64,000 nucleotides of DNA from an uncultured Thermoplasmatales archaeon. GTDB lineage: Archaea; Thermoplasmatota; E2; UBA202; DSCA01. Each line of letters begins with the position of its first letter. Within the stretch, counting starts at the first letter, position 1. The position numbers were made by a program, and so were the translations under genes. A model generated the notes under the pieces. It worked only from the letters and a program-made list of their open reading frames with translations. It was not told the origin of the DNA and did no database searches. Below are positions 57,096-64,000 of the stretch, piece by piece. The stretch lies in assembly GCA_964514975.1 (NCBI GenBank), contig CAZESS010000003.1, positions 68,407-132,406 on the forward strand. Direction: 5' to 3'.

Positions 57096-58994
57096 CTACT
57101 TGAACCGGACGGTTTCGAGGTTTTTGAGCGGCCTTGTTTTGATGTGATATTTTTTGTAGATGCTCGATGCCAGGTCAAGGCATTTTGATTCCTCGCCGTG
57201 GTTGACGATGATATTGCGGGGCTTGGGACTGACGTTGCGGACGTAGTTCATGAGCTGCTGCCTGTCTGAATGGCCTGAGAAGCCCTCGCAGGTTTCGATG
57301 TTCATGTTCAGCTTGACGGCGGTGTTGCCGACGGTTATCTCGCGCCATCCCTTCTGTATCTGGTTGCCCAGCGTTCCCTCTGCCTGGTAGCCCACGAAGA
57401 TGAGGGAGCTGTTGCCGTCCTCGCCCCAGTGCTTGACGTATTCCATGACCGGGCCGCCGTTCATCATGCCGCTGGTCGCCAGCACCACCGCAGGGTCGGG
57501 GCTGTCCAGTATTTTTTCCCGCATCTCGAAGCTGTCCACCCGCTTGAAGATATCGGAGAGCAACGGGTTTTTGTCCTCCTGGAAGATGCGCTGCTTGAGC
57601 TGCTTGTTCAGGTATTCCGGGTAGACGGTGTGGATGGCCGTCGCCTCATAGATCATGCCGTCCAGGTAGACGGGCACCTCGGGGATGCCCTTCTGGCGCA
57701 TGAGCTGCTCAAGCACGATCATGACCTCCTGGGAGCGTCCGATGGCAAAGACGGGGACGACGACGTTGCCGCCCCGGCGGATGGTTGCCTCGACGATGTC
57801 TTTCATTTTATCGATGGCTTTGGACCGACTTGGCTGGTCGTCCTTGCTGCCGCCGTAGGTGGACTCCATGACCAGCGTCTCCAGGCGTGGAAAATGTGTC
57901 GCGGCGGGGCTGAACAGCAGCGTCCGCTCGTAGTTGATGTCGCCGGAGAACGCGATGTTGTACAGGCCGTCGCCGATGTGGAAATGACAGATCGATGAGC
58001 CCAGGATGTGCCCGGCGCGGTGCAGGGTGAGCCGGATGTCGGGAGCGATATCGGTGGTGTCGCCGTAGTGCATGGGGATGCAGCGCTTGATTTCCTCTCT
58101 GACATGGTCGGAGAGATAGGGCTGCTTTTTGGCGTTTTCCGCGGCGACCTTGATGTAGTCCATCTGCATGAGGACCATGACGTCCCTGGTTGGATACGCG
58201 CAGTAGACCGGGCCGTCGTAGCCATACTTGTAGAGGAGGGGCACCAGGCCGGAGTGGTCGAGATGAGCGTGGGTGATGACGACGCCGTCGAGGGATTCGA
58301 GGGGCTGCACCTCGTCCATGTGGATGTAGGGTGCGCCGTTGTCGGGGCTGGAGACGTCGACGCCGCAGTCGATCAAAATCTTGCTGTCCTGGGTGGAAAG
58401 CAGCGTGCATGACCGCCCGACCTCGCGGTAGCCGCCCAGCGACGTCATCCGTATCCATTTTTCGCCCTCTGACACGCCGCGGTGCAGCCGCCGTCCGAGG
58501 CGCTGCAGGAACTCTTTTCGTTCGTCGGCCGCGTTGCGGAGGTAGCCCCGGATGTCCTGCACGGTCTTGGATTCCATGGGCGGGCGCCGGATGACGTTGG
58601 GCGTCCAGCCGATTTCTTTTTTGATTTCGTTGAGCAGGGAGCCGTGTTTGCCGATGGCGACGCCCGGTTTTTCCACCTCGATGGTGACCTCGCCGACGTC
58701 TGGCTCGAAGTAGGTGTTGGCGAGCTTTGCTTCTTCGGGGATGAGCTCCCGTATTTTGGTTTCTGCGGTTTCGATGTCCGCCAGCACGCTGGGGTCGGGT
58801 CGCACCACGATGCGCTTCTGCAGCCGCTTGGCGAGCTTCCGGACGATGTCGCTTTTCTCGGCGAAGGTGTCCGGGTCCTTGGTGTAGATGACCAGCTGGG
58901 CACCCTCGAACGTGACCTCTGTCACGCGGATGGATGCCGGGATGGTATTGTCTATTTCCTCACGGACATCCCGCAGGATATCTTCAACTGCCAT
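57096..58994 (-). CDS. Beta-CASP ribonuclease aCPSF1 (FttA) with KH domains
   Basis: LGGYREVGRS, THAHLDHSG, AGHILGS, GFSGHSD; adjacent to psmB. Confidence 0.96.
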   Translation of the reverse strand: MAVEDILRDVREEIDNTIPASIRVTEVTFEGAQLVIYTKDPDTFAEKSDIVRKLAKRLQKRIVVRPDPSVLADIETAETKIRELIPEEAKLANTYFEPDVGEVTIEVEKPGVAIGKHGSLLNEIKKEIGWTPNVIRRPPMESKTVQDIRGYLRNAADERKEFLQRLGRRLHRGVSEGEKWIRMTSLGGYREVGRSCTLLSTQDSKILIDCGVDVSSPDNGAPYIHMDEVQPLESLDGVVITHAHLDHSGLVPLLYKYGYDGPVYCAYPTRDVMVLMQMDYIKVAAENAKKQPYLSDHVREEIKRCIPMHYGDTTDIAPDIRLTLHRAGHILGSSICHFHIGDGLYNIAFSGDINYERTLLFSPAATHFPRLETLVMESTYGGSKDDQPSRSKAIDKMKDIVEATIRRGGNVVVPVFAIGRSQEVMIVLEQLMRQKGIPEVPVYLDGMIYEATAIHTVYPEYLNKQLKQRIFQEDKNPLLSDIFKRVDSFEMREKILDSPDPAVVLATSGMMNGGPVMEYVKHWGEDGNSSLIFVGYQAEGTLGNQIQKGWREITVGNTAVKLNMNIETCEGFSGHSDRQQLMNYVRNVSPKPRNIIVNHGEESKCLDLASSIYKKYHIKTRPLKNLETVRFK

Positions 58995-59009
58995 GAATAT
59001 TATCTCGAT

Positions 59010-59642
59010 TTATGTGTGCTGGATTTCCATCGCCGCCTGCCGCTCCTGGATGTCGTCGTCGGAGTAGCTGGTGTAGCCCTCGGGGGTTATGACCGCCAGG
59101 TCGATTCCGTTGCCCGAGGCAGCGTCGCGTTTCATCGCCGCCGTCAGTCCGCGGATGGCGAGGTCGACCCCCTCGTCGACGCTTATGTCTTCCCGGTAGT
59201 GGTCCTCGAGCACACCTAGCACGTAGGGCGAGCCGGAGCCAGTCGACGTGTAGACGTCTTCGATGGCGCCTCCAGCTGCATCAACGGAGTACACATGTCC
59301 TCCGCTCGTGTCGATGCCGGCTACGATGAGCTGCACGAAAAAGGGAGCGAACTTCCGCTGGTTCAGAATGTTGCCGAGCAGCGTCGCGGCACCCTTGATG
59401 GGCATGTCCATTTCACGCTGCAGCTTGTAGAGCTCCGATTCGACGCCAAGGTAGCGGGCGAGCATCTGCGCGTCGCCGACGAGGCCGGCAGTGGTCAGCG
59501 CCAGGTGGTCGTCTATCCTGTAGAGTTTTTTGGCACGCTTGTGAGCTATCATGGTACCCATCGTCGCTCGCCGTTCGGACGCAACGACGACAGCTCCGTC
59601 GCACACCATTCCAACTGTCGTTGTGCCTTTCTTGTTTTCCAT
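59010..59642 (-). CDS. psmB: Proteasome subunit beta
   Basis: KGTTTVG, AGLVGDAQ, TGSGS, RDAASG. Confidence 0.96.
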   Translation of the reverse strand: MENKKGTTTVGMVCDGAVVVASERRATMGTMIAHKRAKKLYRIDDHLALTTAGLVGDAQMLARYLGVESELYKLQREMDMPIKGAATLLGNILNQRKFAPFFVQLIVAGIDTSGGHVYSVDAAGGAIEDVYTSTGSGSPYVLGVLEDHYREDISVDEGVDLAIRGLTAAMKRDAASGNGIDLAVITPEGYTSYSDDDIQERQAAMEIQHT

Positions 59643-59699
59643 AGTATCACGCTTAAAACAGCAACATTAAAATGGGCGCTCATATATAAAATTTTGTGT

Positions 59700-59942
59700 A
59701 TGGAAAGTGACATCCGCGCGTTACTCAACAGGATACGATGGGATGAGCGGTGCAACCTGTCACAACTGGAGGTGTCATATGTCGACCGCGGCAGACCGGG
59801 GGACGTGAACATTGCCCGCGGCGACGACATCGTGGATGTCACGCAGCATTTTTTTGAAATTAACGGGGCGATGATTCCGTTCCACCGCATCATCGCAATC
59901 CGCTATCGCGGCGAGGTGCTGTTTGCCCGGGAGCACGGTTAG
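59700..59942 (+). CDS. DUF504 family protein
   Basis: LLNRIRWD, SYVDRG, IPFHRI. Confidence 0.85.
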   Translation: MESDIRALLNRIRWDERCNLSQLEVSYVDRGRPGDVNIARGDDIVDVTQHFFEINGAMIPFHRIIAIRYRGEVLFAREHG

Positions 59943-61423
59943 AGCATCTTGAGATAGGGCACCATCACGGTCGCGTCTGTGTTGCCGGCCAGGTCGTAGG
60001 CGGTGGCGGTGATGGTGTGTCTGCCGGGCAGCGGAAACTCGTTCGGGAGCTGTGCCTGGTAGGGGGCGGTGTAGTCCTCCCAGAGGAGCTCCTCGTCGAT
60101 GTAGAAGTATACCTTGTCGATGCCGGAATGGTTGTCGGTGGCGGTGACGCTGGCAGTAAGGTCACCGACGATGAGGGTGTGACCGAGCAGGGTCGGGATG
60201 AAGTCCCGGCCGAACAGGTATATCCTGCCGTCTTCGGGGACGTCCAGCGTTGCCGATGGATCGGTGCTGTCTATCTTGATGGTGACATTTTTTGTTGCTT
60301 CCTGGTTGCCGGCGACGTCGGTGGCACGGAACTGCAGCGTGTGGTTGCCACTGCCGGTGACCGTGATTCCGTCGTCGTAGGTCTCCCAGTCATCGCCGTT
60401 ATCCACGCTGTATTCTATCTCGGCGACGCCGGAGAGCATATCGGTTGCGTTGAGCGTGACGGTGACCGCACCGCGGTACCAGTCCTGTTTGCCCTCTGTG
60501 CCGTTGAACGTGGCGTTGGTGACGGGCGGCGTGGTGTCGATGTTGACGGCGGCGCTCTCGTTGGCCTCGCGGTTGCTGGCGTTGTCAACCGAGTAGTAGG
60601 TCAGGTTGTGCCGACCTTCGCCGGTGACGTTGAAGGAGGCGTTGTAGCGCTGCCAGGTGCCGTTCTGCCATGTTTCGTTGACGAGCTCTGCGAGCATGTA
60701 CCAGGTCGCGTTGACGCCGGACGCGGCGTCGGTGGCGTTGAGGGTGACGGTGACGTTGCCGCGGTACCAGTCTCCGCCGCCGGTGCCGTTGAACGTGGCG
60801 TTGGTGACGGGCGGCGTGGTGTCGACGAGCACGTCGATGGTGGTGGTGTCGTATGCGCCGTCGTTGTCGGTGACGTTGAGCTCGGCGGTGTAGCTCCCCT
60901 CATCGTAGGTATGGTTCCGTATCATGCCGAAGCCGGTGTCGCCGTCGCCGAAGTCCCATGCATAGCTAACGACGGTTCCGTCGGGGTCGTAGGAGGCAGA
61001 TGCGTTGAACGTGACCTTTGGATTGTTTGTCACGATGTCTCCGCCGGCGTCTGCGACCGGCGGGACGTTGGTGACCGTGATGTCATGCGTGGTGGTGTTC
61101 ATGTTGTTCTGGTCGTCCCAGACGGTCAGCCGGACGGTGTAGGTTCCGTCGTCCCCGAAGCGATGCGTCGGGTTTTTGTCGGTCGAGGTGTCGCCGTCGC
61201 CGAAGTCCCACATCCAGACGATGGCGTCTCCGCTGCCGGTGTAGGTAAACTGGACGTCCTGCATGTCGGTGGGCTCCGTTGGCGTCCACGTGAAGTCGAC
61301 CGCTGGATCCGACCGGGTGCCCGCCCCGACCGCCATCGTTGAAAAAACGAGCGCTGCGGCGACCAGAAGCGTTAGATGTCTGAAAGCTGGCTGCCATTTT
61401 CCTGATTGCATACTGTCACCCAT
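59939..61423 (-). CDS. Secreted PKD and Ig-like repeat protein
   Basis: Signal peptide; two WDFGDG PKD domains; DTTPPVT Ig-like repeats; C-terminal Ig-like domain. Confidence 0.9.
   Translation of the reverse strand: MGDSMQSGKWQPAFRHLTLLVAAALVFSTMAVGAGTRSDPAVDFTWTPTEPTDMQDVQFTYTGSGDAIVWMWDFGDGDTSTDKNPTHRFGDDGTYTVRLTVWDDQNNMNTTTHDITVTNVPPVADAGGDIVTNNPKVTFNASASYDPDGTVVSYAWDFGDGDTGFGMIRNHTYDEGSYTAELNVTDNDGAYDTTTIDVLVDTTPPVTNATFNGTGGGDWYRGNVTVTLNATDAASGVNATWYMLAELVNETWQNGTWQRYNASFNVTGEGRHNLTYYSVDNASNREANESAAVNIDTTPPVTNATFNGTEGKQDWYRGAVTVTLNATDMLSGVAEIEYSVDNGDDWETYDDGITVTGSGNHTLQFRATDVAGNQEATKNVTIKIDSTDPSATLDVPEDGRIYLFGRDFIPTLLGHTLIVGDLTASVTATDNHSGIDKVYFYIDEELLWEDYTAPYQAQLPNEFPLPGRHTITATAYDLAGNTDATVMVPYLKML
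60498..60825. repeat. 43-bp identical intragenic direct repeat (60498-60540 and 60783-60825)
   Basis: GTGCCGTTGAACGTGGCGTTGGTGACGGGCGGCGTGGTGTCGA occurs twice and encodes DTTPPVTNATFNGT. Confidence 0.85.
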
Positions 61424-61549
61424 GATAGTATCGAAATCGGGCGGACATATATTTATTTTTGCCCCCTTTGCATGAGTGGCGGGGCAGGGAGCGGCACCGG
61501 AGCGAGCACCAAAAATATTAAAAGGGACGTGTATTGCAAGGATGATACT

Positions 61550-61951
61550 ATGCCAGAGTTCAAGGTGGACATCAGTGACGGAAGCGAGGCGCATCAGGTG
61601 GAGGTGAGCGGTCATCATGCCAACTCCCTCATCGGCAAAAAAATTGGCGACGAGGTCGACGGCATCTTCGTCTCGCTGCCTGGCTACAAGCTCCAGGTCA
61701 CCGGGGGGAGCGACCAGGATGGCTTCGTGATGCGGAAGGACATCCCCGGGATTTCACGCCGCAAGATTTTGCTGACCCGAAGCGTGGGGTTCAAGCCCGA
61801 CGACCGGGGCGTCAGGAAGAAAAAGACGGTCTGCGGCAACACCATCAGCCTCAACACATCGCAGATAAACATGAAGGTCGTCGAATCGGGCAGCAAGCCC
61901 GTCAAGGAGCTGTTAGAGGCGGCACAAGAAGAGAAAGATGAGTCAGCCTGA
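61550..61951 (+). CDS. rps6e: 30S ribosomal protein S6e
   Basis: [31 protein letters not shown]. Confidence 0.96.
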   Translation: MPEFKVDISDGSEAHQVEVSGHHANSLIGKKIGDEVDGIFVSLPGYKLQVTGGSDQDGFVMRKDIPGISRRKILLTRSVGFKPDDRGVRKKKTVCGNTISLNTSQINMKVVESGSKPVKELLEAAQEEKDESA

Positions 61952-63158
61952 AATAAACATCGGCATGGTCGGCCACGTCGACCACGGCAAAACAACGCTC
62001 ACCCAGGCGCTCTCGGGCAAATGGACCGACGAGCACTCCGAGGAGTTAAAACGTGGTATCTCGATCAAGCTGGGCTATGCCGACGCCACCTTTTACAGGT
62101 GCCCGGAATGCCCCGAGCCGCGGTGCTACACGCCGCGCCCGGAATGCCCGGAATGCGGAACGCAGGCGGAGCCGCTCCGGAAGGTGTCGTTCGTGGATGC
62201 ACCGGGCCATGAAACGCTCATGGCGGTCGTTATCTCCGGTGCCACCATAATGGACGGCGCGCTCCTGCTCGTGGCGGCGAACGAGGAATGCCCGCAGCCG
62301 CAGACCGAGGAGCATCTGATGGCGCTTGACACGACGGGCACCGAGGACATCGTCATCGTGCAGAACAAGGTAGACCTGGTGAGCAAGGACGAGGCGATGG
62401 AGAACTACCGGCAGATCCGTGATTTCACTGAGGGAACAACGGCGGAGGGTGCACCCATCATTCCCGTGTCGGCGCATCATCAGACCAACCTTGACACGCT
62501 CATCCAGGCGATAGAGGAGCACATTCCGACGCCGGAGCGCAATCTCAAGAAAAACCCGATCATGTATACGGCCCGGAGCTTCGACGTCAACCGGCCCGGT
62601 GTCACGCCCGAGGAGATACGGGGCGGGGTCATCGGCGGCTCGCTGAAGCAGGGCAAGCTCTCGGTCGGCAACGAGATCGAGATACGCCCGGGCCGCAAGG
62701 TCGAGGAGCACGGCAAGCAGTACTATGAATCGATTTTCACTACGATTTCATCTATTTTGACGGGCGGCGACACAGTGGAGGATGCCGGCCCCGGCGGGCT
62801 CCTGGGCATCGGCACCTCGATGGACCCGTCGCTCACAAAGGCGGATGCGCTGGCCGGCAGCGTCGTCGGCCGTGCCGATTTGCTGCCGCCGGTGTGGAAC
62901 GAGCTGGAGCTCGATGTGCACATGCTCAACCGGATGGTCGACTCACTGGATGACGACGCAGGGGCGGTGAAGACCAACGAGCCGCTGATGCTGACCGTTG
63001 GCACTGCGACGACGGTCGGCGTGGTCACGTCGGCGCATGACGGCGTCGCTCAGGTTACGCTCAAGCTGCCGGTCTGCGCCGAGGAGGGGCAGACGGTGGC
63101 CATCTCAAAGCAGATAAAACGGCGGTGGCGGCTGGTGGGCTACGGGGAGATACAATGA
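61938..63158 (+). CDS. eif2g: Translation initiation factor 2 subunit gamma
   Basis: [40 protein letters not shown]. Confidence 0.98.
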   Translation: MSQPEINIGMVGHVDHGKTTLTQALSGKWTDEHSEELKRGISIKLGYADATFYRCPECPEPRCYTPRPECPECGTQAEPLRKVSFVDAPGHETLMAVVISGATIMDGALLLVAANEECPQPQTEEHLMALDTTGTEDIVIVQNKVDLVSKDEAMENYRQIRDFTEGTTAEGAPIIPVSAHHQTNLDTLIQAIEEHIPTPERNLKKNPIMYTARSFDVNRPGVTPEEIRGGVIGGSLKQGKLSVGNEIEIRPGRKVEEHGKQYYESIFTTISSILTGGDTVEDAGPGGLLGIGTSMDPSLTKADALAGSVVGRADLLPPVWNELELDVHMLNRMVDSLDDDAGAVKTNEPLMLTVGTATTVGVVTSAHDGVAQVTLKLPVCAEEGQTVAISKQIKRRWRLVGYGEIQ

Positions 63159-63538
63159 GAGCTGTCATCCTTGACACCAACGCGCTGATGATTCCCTACC
63201 AGTCGGGTATCAACATCGAGAAGGAGATCAACCGGCTGCTCGGCATGTGCCGCATCATCGTGCCCAGCTCCGTGATCGAGGAGATGGAATACCTGGCGCA
63301 GCAGGACGGCAAGGTGGGCAGGGCGGCAAAGCTCGGCCTGAGCATCATCAAGAAAAGGGAGTTCCGGCTGATGGAAACAGAATACCGGGGGGACGACGGC
63401 GTGCTTGAGACGGCGTTGAAGATGGAGGGTGCCGTGGTCACCAACGACCATGAGCTCAAGCAGCGCGCCAAGGAGATGGATCTGCCGATTATTTTTCCGC
63501 GCGGCGAGAACCGGCTTGAGATAGAAGAGCGGCTGTAA
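63155..63538 (+). CDS. PIN domain protein (Fcf1/Utp24-like)
   Basis: ILDTNAL, DD, VVTND..LK; usual position after aIF2-gamma. Confidence 0.9.
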   Translation: MRAVILDTNALMIPYQSGINIEKEINRLLGMCRIIVPSSVIEEMEYLAQQDGKVGRAAKLGLSIIKKREFRLMETEYRGDDGVLETALKMEGAVVTNDHELKQRAKEMDLPIIFPRGENRLEIEERL

Positions 63539-63651
63539 CGGCTGCGCTCCCGGGGAGCCGTGCGCCGTGCCCGGTGTCGGCGATAAACGTTTTTAAAAAA
63601 TATGTGGCTGACTGGCAGCGCTGTGGTGCCGTTGGTGGTGCCCCCTGCTGT

Positions 63652-63900
63652 TTAGATGTGGTGGGCGGTGTAGAGCTCCTGGCGGGTGGGGCACCCGCAG
63701 ACGTAGGAGTCGCCGAAGGATGTCTTGTAGGGGCAGAAAAAGTTGTTGTCGGGCTCGACGAAGATGATGTCCATGATGCGCTGTTCCACGGGGCAGACGG
63801 CGCGCGTGCCGGGGTCGAGGCAGGCGAAGTCCTTGGGGCAGCGGTCGGTGTCGGCGATGACTTCCTGGCTGACGGCGAGCTGTCTGCTGGCTTTTGTCAT
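63652..63900 (-). CDS. Small Cys-rich hypothetical protein (6 Cys)
   Basis: CPKDFAC...C...CPYKTSFGDSYVCGCPTR; AT-rich promoter upstream. Confidence 0.7.
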   Translation of the reverse strand: MTKASRQLAVSQEVIADTDRCPKDFACLDPGTRAVCPVEQRIMDIIFVEPDNNFFCPYKTSFGDSYVCGCPTRQELYTAHHI

Positions 63901-64000
63901 ATGCTGTTATATGTGTCAGTGGCTAATAAAATATTTGTATGCGGGCAGTAGTTCCGATTGGCCAATGAGTACAACGGAGTACGACATGCTATGCCAATTT

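Noticed and set aside
63965-64000. Possible gene start (MSTTEYDMLCQF) at the window edge
   Set aside because: Too short to assess.

Overview
High-GC archaeal chromosome segment, most consistent with Thermoplasmatota (Thermoprofundales/MBG-D-like; inference). Archaeal markers are EF-2 with the diphthamide His motif, S12/S7/S6e, aIF2-beta and -gamma, proteasome beta plus aCPSF1, Rpp21 and a split LplA/LplB. Housekeeping genes also include cysS, argS, asnS, prs, hxlB, endonuclease IV, UDG and an intronless tRNA-Cys(GCA). Accessory modules worth a second look: (1) an apparently kinase-less signalling locus of a 4xPAS-DHp protein with no ATPase domain, a stand-alone receiver and a ribbon-helix-helix protein fused to a His-to-Tyr pseudo-DHp domain; (2) a radical SAM/SPASM + methyltransferase + TIGR04282-like + TIGR04283-like operon resembling, but differing from, arsenosugar clusters; (3) a NikR-linked metal ABC operon with a clear palindromic operator, an FmdE protein and a TrmO-FmdE fusion; (4) an AT-richer ArsR/ABC exporter cassette led by a Cys-containing small ORF, downstream of an AF0577-like radical SAM gene; (5) secreted proteins sharing C-terminal modules, an AlkD-like pseudogene and an unannotated 25-aa ORF. 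No CRISPR array, rRNA, integrase or transposase was seen. All family assignments come from motif recognition by eye, not from database searches. Several start codons were moved from the ORF track to more plausible positions.
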